A DNA stretch of 32,000 nt from Idiomarina loihiensis L2TR (GCF_000008465.1 NC_006512.1:1200001-1232000); one strand, 5' to 3'. Positions 6,769 to 17,060 are shown, counted from the stretch's first letter. The notes: generated by a model from the sequence alone, not told the origin. Program-made: numbers and translations.

Positions 6769-9595
6769 AACGACGCTCCTCACCTTCACCTTCAATATTG
6801 GTTACGCAGCGCTGGCATAAATCAGAGTGGTTCTCTAAAGTCCCCACCTCTTCGCGATGATGCCAGCAACGCTCGCACTTCTTGTATTCAGATTTTGTCA
6901 CACTAACGGCCAACGCCATTTTTTCCGCTTTAACTGCGTCAGCAGGTGCGTCATTAATGGACGCCACTTGCGCTTCCGAGGTCAGCAGCGCAAAGCGTAA
7001 CTCTTCGCCTAAACGATTCAGGGCTGCCGCCAGTTCATCATCAGCGTACAAGGTGACTTCAGCCTGTAACGAACCACCAATAACATCGTCGCGGCGTGAC
7101 TGTTCCAGCGCCTGGTTAACAACATCACGAATTTCCAGTAACTGCATCCAGAACTCGTTTTCAGCGTCTTTAACACCAGAAAACTCATCAAAACCCTGAT
7201 ACCAGCTTTCAGTAAAGACATACTGGCTGCGTTCGTTTGGCAACAAGTCCCAGATTTCCTGAGCGGTAAAACTGCATATTGGTGCCATCCAGCGCACTAA
7301 CGCCTCGGCAATATGATACAGCGCCGTCTGGCACGAACGCCGCGCTAAACCTTCCGATTTTGCGGTGTACTGGCGGTCTTTAATAATATCCAGATAAAAG
7401 CTGCCCAGTTCGATGGAGCAGAAATGCATGAGTTTTTGCACCACACTGTGGAACTGGTAGTTATTGTAGGCTTCCAGCAATTCATTTTGTAAGTCTGCCG
7501 CCCGCCCGACAATCCAGCGATCCAGTTCAACCATATCTTCTTTGGCAACCAAGTCCTGTTTAGGATCAAAACCGCTTAAGTTCGCCAGCAAAAAGCGCGA
7601 GGTATTACGAATACGACGATACGCATCCGCTGAACGCTTAAGAATTTCATCAGAAACCGTCATTTCGCCAGAGTAATCTGCTGACGCGACCCATAAACGC
7701 AGAATGTCTCCGCCGAGTTTGTTCATGACGTCCTGCGGAGCAACCACGTTACCGATAGACTTCGACATCTTCCGACCCTGCGCATCCACGGTAAAGCCAT
7801 GGGTTAATACCTGGTGATACGGCGCTTCATCATACATTGCAACACCGGTAACCAGCGAGCTCTGGAACCAGCCGCGGTGCTGATCCGAGCCTTCCAGGTA
7901 CAAATCGGCAGGCCAGCGTAAGCCGTCAAACTCACGCAATACGCAATGGTGCGTCACACCGGAGTCAAACCAAACGTCTAAAGTATCGGTAACTTTGCGG
8001 TATTTGTCAGCTTCGTCACCCAGCAAGGTTTCTGGCTCTAAGTCGAACCAGGCTTGCACGCCGTCTTTTTCAATTAGCTGAGCCACTTTTTCCATCAGCT
8101 CCAGCGTGTTTGGATGCAGCTCTTCCGTTTCACGGTTCACGAAAATGGCAATGGGGTTACCCCAGGTACGCTGACGTGAAATACACCAGTCCGGCCGACC
8201 TTCGACCATAGACTCAATGCGGCTTTGTCCCCACTCAGGGAACCAGTCAACTTTTTTGATTTGCTCTAAAGCACCTGCGCGCAAACCTTTCTTGTCCATG
8301 CTAATAAACCACTGCGGCGTCGCACGGAAAATAATGGGCGTTTTATGGCGCCAGCAATGCGGATAAGAATGGCGATAACTTTCCGCATGCATCAAATTGC
8401 CCACTTCGCGTAGCTTATCAACAATAGGTTCGTTCGCTTTAAACACATGCTGTCCGGCGAACAGTGGCGTATCGTCTTTGTACACGCCGTTATCACCCAC
8501 CGGGTTGTAAACTTCAATGCCGTATTTCTGACCCACTAAGAAGTCGTCAACACCATGGCCCGGCGCCGTATGCACACAACCGGTACCACTTTCGGTAGTT
8601 ACGTGATCACCTAAAATAACCGGAACCTGCAGTTCAAACAACGGATGCTGCAATTGCAGGCCTTCCAAATCTTTACCTTTGCAGAAACCCAGCTTGTGGT
8701 AGTGGGTAATGTTCCAGCGCTCCATGCAGTCATTAACCAAGTCGTCCGCAAGAATCACACGCTCGGCAGGTTGATCATCGCTGGCTTCAACTTGTACTAA
8801 GGTATACTCAAGTCCTTCGGCCAGAGTCACCGCACGGTTAGCAGGAATGGTCCACGGCGTGGTGGTCCAGATAACCATGCTGACATTACCCTCACCCACA
8901 TGCCCTTCCGGCGTGCTAAAACGGTCAACCGTTTCAGCCGTAGCCGCAACCGGCATACGCACATCAATAGCAGGCGAGTTTTTATCCTGATATTCAACTT
9001 CCGCTTCCGCCAGCGCGGAGCCACAGTCTGTACACCAGTGAACCGGTTTAAAGCCCTGATGCATATGACCGTTATCAATAATTTTTGCCAGCGCCCGAAC
9101 GCTGTCAGCTTCCTGCTTAAAGTTCATAGTCAGGTAGGGGTTGTCCCAGTCGCCAAGCACGCCCAGACGTTTAAAGTCGGTGCGTTGCTGGTCAATTTGG
9201 GTCATGGCATATTCGCGACATTTTTCACGAAATTCTGCCAGGTTTAATTTTTTACCCGGCTTGCCGTGTTTTTTCTCTACCTGCAGTTCAATTGGCAGGC
9301 CGTGACAGTCCCAGCCCGGTACGTAAGGCGCGTCGAAGTCGCTTAAGGTTTTTGCCTTAACAATAACGTCTTTTAAAATTTTATTTACGGCGTGACCAAT
9401 GTGAATTTGCCCGTTCGCATACGGAGGGCCGTCGTGCAGAATAAATTTTGGCTTGCCCGCTTTAGCTTTACGAATTTGACCGTACAGGTCAGTTTCATAC
9501 CACTGCTCCAGCATCTTTGGCTCGCGCTGAGCCAGGTTACCGCGCATTGGAAATGCTGTTTCTGGCAAGTTTAAGGTGTGCTTGTAATCACTCAT
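6761..9595 (-). CDS. ileS: Isoleucyl-tRNA synthetase
   Basis: 944 aa. The class I signatures HIGH ([11 protein letters not shown]) and KMSKS ([10 protein letters not shown]) are present, along with the C-terminal Zn-finger CERCWHH...CQRC. Confidence 0.97.
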   Translation of the reverse strand: MSDYKHTLNLPETAFPMRGNLAQREPKMLEQWYETDLYGQIRKAKAGKPKFILHDGPPYANGQIHIGHAVNKILKDVIVKAKTLSDFDAPYVPGWDCHGLPIELQVEKKHGKPGKKLNLAEFREKCREYAMTQIDQQRTDFKRLGVLGDWDNPYLTMNFKQEADSVRALAKIIDNGHMHQGFKPVHWCTDCGSALAEAEVEYQDKNSPAIDVRMPVAATAETVDRFSTPEGHVGEGNVSMVIWTTTPWTIPANRAVTLAEGLEYTLVQVEASDDQPAERVILADDLVNDCMERWNITHYHKLGFCKGKDLEGLQLQHPLFELQVPVILGDHVTTESGTGCVHTAPGHGVDDFLVGQKYGIEVYNPVGDNGVYKDDTPLFAGQHVFKANEPIVDKLREVGNLMHAESYRHSYPHCWRHKTPIIFRATPQWFISMDKKGLRAGALEQIKKVDWFPEWGQSRIESMVEGRPDWCISRQRTWGNPIAIFVNRETEELHPNTLELMEKVAQLIEKDGVQAWFDLEPETLLGDEADKYRKVTDTLDVWFDSGVTHHCVLREFDGLRWPADLYLEGSDQHRGWFQSSLVTGVAMYDEAPYHQVLTHGFTVDAQGRKMSKSIGNVVAPQDVMNKLGGDILRLWVASADYSGEMTVSDEILKRSADAYRRIRNTSRFLLANLSGFDPKQDLVAKEDMVELDRWIVGRAADLQNELLEAYNNYQFHSVVQKLMHFCSIELGSFYLDIIKDRQYTAKSEGLARRSCQTALYHIAEALVRWMAPICSFTAQEIWDLLPNERSQYVFTESWYQGFDEFSGVKDAENEFWMQLLEIRDVVNQALEQSRRDDVIGGSLQAEVTLYADDELAAALNRLGEELRFALLTSEAQVASINDAPADAVKAEKMALAVSVTKSEYKKCERCWHHREEVGTLENHSDLCQRCVTNIEGEGEERRFA

Positions 9596-9621
9596 GGGTC
9601 ACTGTTTCCATTTCCGCATAG

Positions 9622-10560
9622 TTACTGACTCCGGCACGCTAATGCTTCACGTGCGCGGGCGGCATCTTTTTCAATTTGTTCTTGTAAGTGCTGCAACGAC
9701 GCAAAGCGTTGCTCATTACGTAATTTGGCCACCGGTGTGACCGTCATCTGCTGACCGTACAGATTGCCTGAAAACTCAAACAAATGCACCTCCAGCTGTA
9801 CTTCGTCGCCATTTAATGTTGGCCGGGTTCCCAGGTTGGCAACGCCGGAATGTATTTCTTCGTCTTTACCAAACTGAGCTGTTACTGCAAATACCCCATG
9901 TAATGGGCTTTTTAAACGTTTTAACGGCACGTTTGCGGTAGGAAAACCAATAGTCCGGCCATTTTTGCGTCCATGTACGACTTTTCCGCATATTTGATAA
10001 GGCCGCCCGAGCATTTGTTCGGCCTGTTCAAAGTCGCCTTCTTCTAGTGCCTGACGAATAGCGGTACTGCTAACGCGTTGTTGTTGCTGACGATAACTGC
10101 GGGTATCGACCACCTCAAACCCCAGTTCTTTACCGGCTTTTTGCAGTAGCTCGAAGTCACCTTCTCGTTTATAGCCAAAACGAAAGTCATCGCCCACGAC
10201 CAAAAACTTAACGCCCAACTTACCCACCAGAGTCTGTTCAATAAACTCGCGGGCTGGCTGGCTGGCAAACTTCTTATTAAATTCAACAACAATATGCCGG
10301 TCGACATTTTGCGCCTGTAGCGCGAGATATTTTTCGCGCCAGTTGGTTAACCGTGCAGGCGCTTTTTCAGGCTGGAAAAGCTCTTGCGGTTGAGGCTCGA
10401 AGGTCATAACCGCGGAAGGCATACCTAACTGTTGAGCTTTTTCACGAACCTGACTCAGCACCGCCTGATGCCCCAGATGAACACCATCGAAGTTACCTAT
10501 GGTCAATACGCAACCACAATGTTCAGCTCTGAGATTATGAGTACCGCGAATCAGTTCCAT
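9622..10560 (-). CDS. ribF: Bifunctional riboflavin kinase / FMN adenylyltransferase
   Basis: MELIRGTHNLRAEHCGCVLTIGNFDGVHLGHQAV matches the RibF N-terminus. The kinase domain has GRTIGFPTANV. ATG 10560 is preferred over the track GTG at 10566. Confidence 0.92.
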   Translation of the reverse strand: MELIRGTHNLRAEHCGCVLTIGNFDGVHLGHQAVLSQVREKAQQLGMPSAVMTFEPQPQELFQPEKAPARLTNWREKYLALQAQNVDRHIVVEFNKKFASQPAREFIEQTLVGKLGVKFLVVGDDFRFGYKREGDFELLQKAGKELGFEVVDTRSYRQQQQRVSSTAIRQALEEGDFEQAEQMLGRPYQICGKVVHGRKNGRTIGFPTANVPLKRLKSPLHGVFAVTAQFGKDEEIHSGVANLGTRPTLNGDEVQLEVHLFEFSGNLYGQQMTVTPVAKLRNEQRFASLQHLQEQIEKDAARAREALACRSQ

Positions 10561-10621
10561 GCCCACACAATCTTAATGTTTTCCGGAAAAGACACGATTA
10601 TAACTGATACCGAGGTGATAA

Positions 10622-12184
10622 TCAGTACTCGCGCGCACGGAAATGTCTCGGTCTCATGCCAGTGATAACCAACACGCCAATATAAATGGCAGCGCCGAAT
10701 CCTATCACCTGAGCCAAAAGCCAGGGCCGCTCAACCAACGAGCTGGTACGCCAAGCGTCAATGTCCGGGCTTAACCACAGCACACCCGCTATCATCGCAG
10801 TTGTTGCGAGAAGTACCTGTAGAATAAAACGCCCGGTGCCGGGTTGTTTCTTCAGAACCCCTTCTCGCCATAAAGTAACACCCAATAACCCGGCGTTAAT
10901 AGCCGCAGACGCCGCCGTTGCCAGTGCCAACCCGACATAGCTGAATGGAATAGCCAAAGCAATGTTAAATACCATATTGGCTGCCATAGCAATAATGCCG
11001 TACTTAACCGGGCGCTTAGTGTCCTGGCGGGAGTAAAAGCCCGTTGCCAGAACTTTTACCATCATAAAACTTAGCAACCCGGTGGAATAGGCCATAAGAC
11101 TGTACGATGCCATACGCGCATCGTCCGGGCTGAAGGCGCCGTGCATAAACAACACCATAAGCATCGGCTCTGCTAATACAAAAAGCCCCGCCATGGCCGG
11201 TACACCCAGTAATAGCACCATGCGAATACCCCAATCCAGCGTAGCACTAAAGTTTTCAGTCGATTTATCCACATGACGTGATGAAAGCGCGGGCAAAATA
11301 ACCGTAGCAATGGCAATGCCAAACAGGCCCAGCGGAAACTCCAGCAATCGGTCGGAGTAGTACAGCCAACTTATGGAACCGGTCATTAAAAAGCTGGCAA
11401 TGAGGGTATCCAGCAGTAAGTTGATTTGGCTAACCGACACACCAAAAATAGCCGGCAGCATTAGTTTGCGAATTTTGGTAACGCCCGGGTCTTTCCAGCC
11501 CCACAGTGGTTTAACTAATAACCCCGCTTTTTTCAGAAACGGTAGCTGAAATAACAGCTGGATAAAACCACCGAAAAAGACGCCCCAGGCCAGTGCATAT
11601 TCCGGTTGCTCAAGCTGCGGAGCCAACCAGATAGCCGCCGCAATAATAGCTACATTCAAAAATACCGGTGTAAAAGCGGCTACGGCAAACTTGCCCAGCG
11701 TATTGAGTATAGCTCCGGCCATAGCGGCAAAACTGATAAACCATAAATAAGGAAAAGTAATGCGGAGTAAGTCGCTGGCAAGGACAAACTTTTGTCCCTG
11801 CGGGCCGTCATTCCACCAGTCTAAAAACCACCCCATACCAAAAAGCGCAGCCACAACCGGGGAAGCTACCACACCGAAAATGGTGACCACCGTCACAATG
11901 GTGCCTAAGGTGCCCGAGACCCGGGCAATAAGTAATTGCTGATCGGGCAGTTCTTTGCCCTGCTTGTACTCCGTGAGCACCGGCACAAAAGCCTGGGCAA
12001 AAGCGCCCTCAGCAAATAGCCGACGTAAAAAGTTGGGAATTTTATTAGCAAAAAAGAACACATCTGCCGCAGCGCCGGCTCCCATCAGGTTAGCAATGAC
12101 CACATCGCGCACTAAACCCAATACGCGCGAGATCAGGGTCATCGCGCTGACGATAAAACCTGAGCGGAGTAAAGCTTTTGACAC
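10622..12184 (-). CDS. murJ: Lipid II flippase MurJ (MviN)
   Basis: GTG 12184 has AGGA 7 nt upstream. The protein is a 520-aa polytopic membrane protein. Its N-terminus LLRSGFIVSAMTLISRVLGLVRDVVIANLMGAG...ANKIPNFLRRLFAEGAF is typical of MurJ. Confidence 0.93.
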   Translation of the reverse strand: MSKALLRSGFIVSAMTLISRVLGLVRDVVIANLMGAGAAADVFFFANKIPNFLRRLFAEGAFAQAFVPVLTEYKQGKELPDQQLLIARVSGTLGTIVTVVTIFGVVASPVVAALFGMGWFLDWWNDGPQGQKFVLASDLLRITFPYLWFISFAAMAGAILNTLGKFAVAAFTPVFLNVAIIAAAIWLAPQLEQPEYALAWGVFFGGFIQLLFQLPFLKKAGLLVKPLWGWKDPGVTKIRKLMLPAIFGVSVSQINLLLDTLIASFLMTGSISWLYYSDRLLEFPLGLFGIAIATVILPALSSRHVDKSTENFSATLDWGIRMVLLLGVPAMAGLFVLAEPMLMVLFMHGAFSPDDARMASYSLMAYSTGLLSFMMVKVLATGFYSRQDTKRPVKYGIIAMAANMVFNIALAIPFSYVGLALATAASAAINAGLLGVTLWREGVLKKQPGTGRFILQVLLATTAMIAGVLWLSPDIDAWRTSSLVERPWLLAQVIGFGAAIYIGVLVITGMRPRHFRAREY

Positions 12185-12299
12185 GAGAGATCCTTTCGGC
12201 TGACAGCTAAGTTTCTGTTTTTGATTGTAACTGAGACCAATGACGGATGCTATTTTATCAAAACGTCAGTTAAAGCACTGAGTTTTTCCCTTTTCACTG

Positions 12300-12327
12300 T
12301 TGACTTTTACAGCAGAAAAGGCATAAT
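12300..12327 (+). promoter_or_regulatory. Sigma70-type promoter candidate for rpsT
   Basis: TTGACT (12300-12305), a 16-nt spacer, then CATAAT (12322-12327), about 50 nt upstream of the rpsT start. Confidence 0.5.
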
Positions 12328-12377
12328 CTGCGGCCTTTATAAGAGAAGCGTTCTGTTAATGAATTTAGGAGTTCACC

Positions 12378-12638
12378 TTGGCTAACATTAAGTCTGCTAA
12401 AAAGCGTGCGATCCAGGCCGAGAAAAATCGCCGCCACAATGCAAGCCGTCGTTCAATGATGCGTACTTACCTTAAACGTGTAAACGCAGCTATTGAGACA
12501 AAAGACAAAGAAGCAGCAAACACTGCAATGAAAGACGTAGCTCCAATGCTGGATCGCTACGCGACTAAAGGTCTTATCAGCAAAAACAAAGCGGCACGCC
12601 ATAAGAGCCGTTTGAATGCTAAGATCAAAGCACTGTAA
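12378..12638 (+). CDS. rpsT: 30S ribosomal protein S20
   Basis: [30 protein letters not shown]... The start is TTG with AGGAG 6 nt upstream. A UUG start is also used by E. coli rpsT. Confidence 0.95.
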
Positions 12639-12674
12639 GAAGAATTACTCACCTGGGCTTAGGCGCAGGGAACG

Positions 12675-12704
12675 AAAAAACCGGCTCATATGCCGGTTTT
12701 TTTA
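12675..12704. terminator. Bidirectional intrinsic terminator between convergent rpsT and the fliS-fliT-like operon
   Basis: AAAAAACCGGC-tcatat-GCCGGTTTTTTT: a GC stem flanked by an A-run and a T-run, so it is usable on both strands. Confidence 0.7.
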
Positions 12705-12744
12705 TATCTGTAATAACAGTAAAGTTGCGCTATTTAGCTTAATT

Positions 12745-13029
12745 TTACTTCGTGTAAGCCTTAACGCCCTTTTTACTTTTGGTGATTTTGCTCATAGCTG
12801 CTCGGGCTTTTTCCTGTTCAGCTTCCAGTGTTGGCTGAATGTCCGTAAGGTATTTATCTGCTTCAGCAACGACAGTTACCCACTGCTCGGATTTTTGCCA
12901 ATTGTCAGGAAGATGGTTGAGGCTTTTAATCAGTTCAGCCAGCGTTACATTAGCAGATTCAAATTCTGAATCTGCTATCTCTTGCTTCAGCTGGTCGCTT
13001 AGCTCTGTTAACTTTTCAGGCTGCATCAT
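12745..13029 (-). CDS. Small acidic helical protein in the FliT position (putative flagellar export chaperone)
   Basis: 94 aa. It starts 11 nt after the fliS stop and is the last gene before the terminator. The sequence is Glu/Asp/Lys-rich with no TM segment. Assignment is by position only; I do not recognise the sequence itself. Confidence 0.45.
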   Translation of the reverse strand: MMQPEKLTELSDQLKQEIADSEFESANVTLAELIKSLNHLPDNWQKSEQWVTVVAEADKYLTDIQPTLEAEQEKARAAMSKITKSKKGVKAYTK

Positions 13030-13040
13030 CTCTTTCGCAC

Positions 13041-13463
13041 TTACGCGCCTGAAGCCTGTTGCATCTGGCTCATAGCAACATCACGTTGCTCCATGGGTAT
13101 TTGATCCCAGGCACCTTTTATATCAATCATTAACCGTGCTACTTCATCAATAATCTCAATATCCAGTTCAATCGATGCGTCAGCAATACGCGTGCTCATA
13201 TACATATAAAGCTCACGTAAATTACCGGCAGCATCAGAGCCTGCGGTGTCATCCAGGCTATAGCGCAAAGAGTCGACAATAGCCTGAGCCTTACTTAGAT
13301 AATGACTTTTCTTTTCCAAGTCTTTTCGCTGAATAGCACCTTTGGCGTAATTCAGATTCTCTAACACACCCGCCATCAACATCTGTACCAGTTGATAAGG
13401 GTCTGCCCCTGCTACGCGAGTTTGCAGAGAACCTTTAGTGTAGCCTTTCAATTTGGCATTCAT
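13041..13463 (-). CDS. fliS: Flagellin-specific export chaperone FliS
   Basis: GAGGTAA lies upstream of ATG 13463. The sequence ...ADPYQLVQMLMAGVLENLNYAKGAIQRKDLEKKSHYLSKAQAIVDSLRYSLD is typical of FliS. It follows fliD. Confidence 0.9.
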   Translation of the reverse strand: MNAKLKGYTKGSLQTRVAGADPYQLVQMLMAGVLENLNYAKGAIQRKDLEKKSHYLSKAQAIVDSLRYSLDDTAGSDAAGNLRELYMYMSTRIADASIELDIEIIDEVARLMIDIKGAWDQIPMEQRDVAMSQMQQASGA

Positions 13464-13479
13464 ACGATATTACCTCTAA

Positions 13480-14871
13480 TTAATCATTGTCTCTAGTGAA
13501 CCCAGGAAGGTTAGAAAGCTGAGCACTTACCGCATTTCCGCGGCTTTGTAACTGGCCTACTAAAGAATCCAGTGCCTGATATTTCGCGCGCAACGTTTCT
13601 TCCATGGATTCCATACGAAGCTTGAGATCTTCACGGCTTTCAGCTACGCGATCCAGGCTTTGGTTAATAGTATCCTTGCGCAGTTCTAACGAACCACCAC
13701 CACCAACGTAACCATCTAAAAAGCTATCCATACGGGAAGCCAAACCATTTTCACCGCCAAATACAGACTCTAAAGCTGCCGGATTGTTTTTCAACACTTC
13801 GCTAAAGCTCGTGACTGGATTTTCCGCTTCTAGCTTTCCTTCTTTATCCAGACCAAAACCCAAATCAAACAACGTTTGGCCTCCCTCGCCAAATGTTGAG
13901 GTCAACACATTGTTTAACTGGCCCTTTAAATTACGAACCGTTGCATCGCCCTGAAGCATGCTATTCTCGCCACCAATCTCATTTAAAGAGGCAACAGCAC
14001 CGTTATAAGCTTTAACAAACGCATCAATTGATTTTTTAACGCCATCTTCGTCACGTGCAATAGAAAGTTTAGCCGTTTCTGCATCTTCGCTTTCTTTAAC
14101 CGCGGTTATGGTTGAGCCCTGAATAACATCTTCAAATATATTGGTATCGTTTTTTGCCTGTATACCATCAATTTCAATAATCGCATCCGTTGCTTTATCT
14201 GCTGCAGCGATACTCATACCGCCGGCGCCACCGCCATTAGCCTGCGTAGAAATCGCATCGAACTCAGCGTTATCATTCGTAACAGTTAAGTCGTTGCCTT
14301 CGCCACTCACATTTGAGCGAAAAATCAATTTAGCTTCGGTTCCGGTATTAATAATATCAGCCGTTACACCAAAGTTATCCTGAGAAGAATTGACAGCCTT
14401 ACGAATATCTTCCAGGCTTGAACCTGCTTCTATATTAAGCGTGAAGCTTTCGTCACCAGCACCAAAAGTCAATGAGCCTGCGTTGGTGTTTACTTCATCT
14501 TCCGAATTTGCAAACGCGCCATCCGCAGATACTGCTCGGCTTCCCTTTGCTAACTGAGTCACAGAAATATCAAAATTACCTACACCGGCATCTTCTGTAC
14601 TCTCAACGGTTATAACATCGCCTGACTCAGGTTGTTTAACGGAAGCTTTCATGGCGCTGAATAATTCGCCACTCGACAATTTCTCTGCGGCTTCCTGAAG
14701 CTTTGATAATACCGATTTCATTTCACCAACTGCAGACAATTCTACCTGCAACCGTCCTTCTTGTTGGTCAAGCCGGTTTTGTTTTGGAACTCGTTCTGCG
14801 TTAAGTGTCGCACTAACGATACCTTCCAGGTCTAAACCTGAACGAGCACCTAATGATGAAACTAATGGCAT
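13480..14871 (-). CDS. fliD: Flagellar filament cap protein FliD
   Basis: MPLVSSLGARSGLDLEGIVSATLNAERVPKQNRL... is the conserved FliD N-terminus. The C-terminal coiled region reads LRAKYQALDSLVGQLQS. AGAGGTGA RBS. Confidence 0.9.
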   Translation of the reverse strand: MPLVSSLGARSGLDLEGIVSATLNAERVPKQNRLDQQEGRLQVELSAVGEMKSVLSKLQEAAEKLSSGELFSAMKASVKQPESGDVITVESTEDAGVGNFDISVTQLAKGSRAVSADGAFANSEDEVNTNAGSLTFGAGDESFTLNIEAGSSLEDIRKAVNSSQDNFGVTADIINTGTEAKLIFRSNVSGEGNDLTVTNDNAEFDAISTQANGGGAGGMSIAAADKATDAIIEIDGIQAKNDTNIFEDVIQGSTITAVKESEDAETAKLSIARDEDGVKKSIDAFVKAYNGAVASLNEIGGENSMLQGDATVRNLKGQLNNVLTSTFGEGGQTLFDLGFGLDKEGKLEAENPVTSFSEVLKNNPAALESVFGGENGLASRMDSFLDGYVGGGGSLELRKDTINQSLDRVAESREDLKLRMESMEETLRAKYQALDSLVGQLQSRGNAVSAQLSNLPGFTRDND

Positions 14872-14883
14872 ATCGTCACCTCT

Positions 14884-15294
14884 TTAAATTTCGTTATCGA
14901 ACAATAATCCTGCCCGACTTTCTTGGTTATCGGCCATATCTTCTATAGCTTTAGCTAACTTAACCGCAAGCTCGGAAGGTATTTGCCGAATTTTCTCACC
15001 GCTTTCGGTGTCCATAACCTCGACAACCGGCGGATCGCCTTTTTCGTCAAAGACAAACTGCAGACTGGTGTTACGAATCGTCGGAGATTTATTTATCTCT
15101 GCAACCATCTCTCCAACATTCGGTTCTTCCGACTGCGGGTTTAACTGAGCTTTATCTGTACGTTCAGCTACCTTGTCCTGTACCTCACTGACGGCATCGA
15201 TCACATCTTGCTTTTGAGGCTGTTGTGTCTGAACCGATCCTTTCCCTGTTGAGAGGAGGCTGAAATCGCGGGTATCCATTGATATATCCGCCAT
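14884..15294 (-). CDS. flaG: Flagellar protein FlaG
   Basis: The C-terminal half LQFVFDEKGDPPVVEVMDTESGEKIRQIPSELAVKLA is the FlaG family signature. ATG 15294 (AGGTGA upstream) is preferred over the track GTG at 15303. Confidence 0.85.
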   Translation of the reverse strand: MADISMDTRDFSLLSTGKGSVQTQQPQKQDVIDAVSEVQDKVAERTDKAQLNPQSEEPNVGEMVAEINKSPTIRNTSLQFVFDEKGDPPVVEVMDTESGEKIRQIPSELAVKLAKAIEDMADNQESRAGLLFDNEI

Positions 15295-15366
15295 AATAAT
15301 CACCTGTTCCCTATCAAAACATCAATTAAGTTGTTAACGGACCATGAAAACATCTGTCCTTGTATG

Positions 15367-15394
15367 TTATCGGTATAGACTACTATAAACTTTA
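15367..15394 (-). promoter_or_regulatory. Sigma28 (FliA)-type promoter for flaG-fliD-fliS
   Basis: The minus strand reads TAAAGTTT-N12-ACCGATAA (consensus TAAAGTTT-N11-GCCGATAA), about 70 nt upstream of the flaG ATG. Confidence 0.55.
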
Positions 15395-15454
15395 GTTTTT
15401 ATTTGAAGTTTTTTTAACCAATACTTTTTTCGGGCAAAAATTTTCTTTCACGCA

Positions 15455-15485
15455 TAAAAAAACGGAGCCGAAGCTCCGTTTTTAT
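15455..15485 (-). terminator. Intrinsic terminator of the flagellin gene
   Basis: The minus strand reads AAAAACGGAGC-ttcg-GCTCCGTTTTTTTAT, 25-50 nt after the flagellin stop codon. Confidence 0.75.
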
Positions 15486-15508
15486 ACACTATTGAGTTAA
15501 CTCGGGGA

Positions 15509-16924
15509 TTAGCCCAGTAACTGCAGTGCTGCCTGTGGACGCTGGTTTGCCTGCGCCAGGATAGTCTGTGATGCCTGCTGTAGAATCTGAGCCTGAGTCA
15601 GTTTAGCTGTTTCAGCAGCAAAGTCCGCGTCTTTGATTCGAGACTTCGCGCCTTCCAGGTTTTCAGCAATGTTCGATTGGTTACGAATCGTTGACTGGAA
15701 ACGGTTCTGAACCGCACCTAAATCTGCACGTTGCGCATCAATCTGAGCAATCGCCGCATCAATCGTACCTAAAGCGTCTTGAGAGCCGTCATAAGTACTG
15801 ATGTCGATTTGGCCAACTTGACTTAAAGTTGAAGCACTAGCACCAAATATCTCAGCTTCATCAGCTGTTCCATCGTTAGTGATAGAAAACGCGTCACGTG
15901 ACTCTAGTTGTAACTCAGCATCTACAACTACACTTGTGTTAGTACCATCGACCGCAACTCCAGCGCCAGTAGCTCCAGCTAAAGTAACTGTGTTACCGGC
16001 TACGCCACCCGTAATTTGAACACCGTTAACATCTTCGGCATTGATGGTTAACTCACCATTGTCAACGGTTGCGTCAATACCGGCTTTACCCAGATCTTCT
16101 GACAACTTAGTCAGTGAGCCGTTGTATTTAGCCAGATCAAAGCTCTCATCACCAATGCTTAATGTACCAACGTCGGTGCTCTGGAAGTTAGTGATTTTAG
16201 CTTCAACTTCTGTCGAAGCAGTAACACCTGTGCCTGCACCATTAACTTTACTAACAATATCCATTGCTTTGTCAGTAGCAGTTACGCCGATAACTGCGTT
16301 ACCGTCTGGGCCACCTAAAGTGATATCACCGGCAGTCAAACCCACGGTGAAGTCAGCTTGAGCTGCTGCTGTTTGTGTTCCCAAAGTAGTACCCGCACCA
16401 GTAACTTTGTTGTTACCGATAGCGTTTGACGCAACGTCACGAAGGCTAACAGAGATAGTTTCGTTTGCATTCGCGCCTACTTGGTATTTTTCAGTACCGA
16501 AGCTACCGTCAAGCAAGTTTTTACCACCAAAGCTGGTTGTTTCTGCAATACGAGTTAACTCTTGTTGCAGGTTACCAATTTCTTTTTGCAGTGCGCCGCG
16601 GTCAACATCAGAGTTAGAACCGTTAGCTGACTGAATAGACAGTGTACGCATACGTTGCAGGATAGTCGTTGACTCATCCAGTGCACCTTCTGCAGTTTGC
16701 GCCATAGAGATAGCGTCGTTTGCGTTACGGTTACCCTGGTTCAAGCCGTTAACTTGTGAGCTCAAACGGTTTGAAATCTGTAAGCCCGCAGCATCATCTG
16801 CAGCGCTGTTGATACGGAAGCCTGACGACAAACGTTGAAATGCTTGGTCAAGCGAGTTACCTGAGCTGATCAGCTGACGCTGTGCGTTCAATGAGCTGAC
16901 GTTAGTGTTTACATATAAAGGCAT
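15509..16924 (-). CDS. fliC: Flagellin (471 aa)
   Basis: ATG 16924 with GAGGAG 7 nt upstream gives [18 protein letters not shown]...[19 protein letters not shown]. The C-terminus is [50 protein letters not shown]. The track start at 16963 adds 13 non-conserved residues. Confidence 0.93.
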   Translation of the reverse strand: MPLYVNTNVSSLNAQRQLISSGNSLDQAFQRLSSGFRINSAADDAAGLQISNRLSSQVNGLNQGNRNANDAISMAQTAEGALDESTTILQRMRTLSIQSANGSNSDVDRGALQKEIGNLQQELTRIAETTSFGGKNLLDGSFGTEKYQVGANANETISVSLRDVASNAIGNNKVTGAGTTLGTQTAAAQADFTVGLTAGDITLGGPDGNAVIGVTATDKAMDIVSKVNGAGTGVTASTEVEAKITNFQSTDVGTLSIGDESFDLAKYNGSLTKLSEDLGKAGIDATVDNGELTINAEDVNGVQITGGVAGNTVTLAGATGAGVAVDGTNTSVVVDAELQLESRDAFSITNDGTADEAEIFGASASTLSQVGQIDISTYDGSQDALGTIDAAIAQIDAQRADLGAVQNRFQSTIRNQSNIAENLEGAKSRIKDADFAAETAKLTQAQILQQASQTILAQANQRPQAALQLLG

Positions 16925-17033
16925 AATAATGCTCCTCAGTTTCTGGCCTAAGCTTGGATTCAATCGTTGTTGCCAAGCTGGAGGAAGTGTTCGGCTTCGT
17001 GTTTCGCCTGGTTAAAGTTTCCTCTCACAAAGG

Positions 17034-17060
17034 GTATCGGCCGGGGTTTGGGGAGCTTTA
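17034..17060 (-). promoter_or_regulatory. Sigma28-type promoter of the flagellin gene
   Basis: The minus strand reads TAAAGCTC-N11-GCCGATAC, about 100 nt upstream of the flagellin ATG, with an A/T-rich tract upstream. Confidence 0.7.

Noticed and set aside
12185-12299. Sigma70 promoter for murJ on the minus strand (TACAAT -10 near 12215)
   Set aside because: No acceptable -35 hexamer sits at 16-18 nt spacing (best is TAGCAT), so it is not supportable by eye.
12616-12969. 117-aa plus-strand ORF starting inside rpsT and crossing the terminator
   Set aside because: It overlaps the rpsT 3' end, runs through a strong intrinsic terminator and lies antisense to the FliT-position gene. Its translation is hydrophobic junk (FFYICNNSKVALFSLILL...).
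16925-16963. 13-residue N-terminal extension of flagellin. The flaG GTG at 15303, the ribF GTG at 10566 and the flgK start at 20428 are similar cases.
   Set aside because: In each case, internal ATG codons with good RBS reproduce the conserved family N-termini. The flgK extension would be translated through its own sigma28 promoter.
16959-16976. Sigma54-like element in the flagellin 5' UTR (minus strand TTGGCAA-caacg-ATTGAA)
   Set aside because: It has the same defect (TTGA instead of TTGC). It lies only about 35 nt from the ATG, downstream of a good sigma28 promoter.
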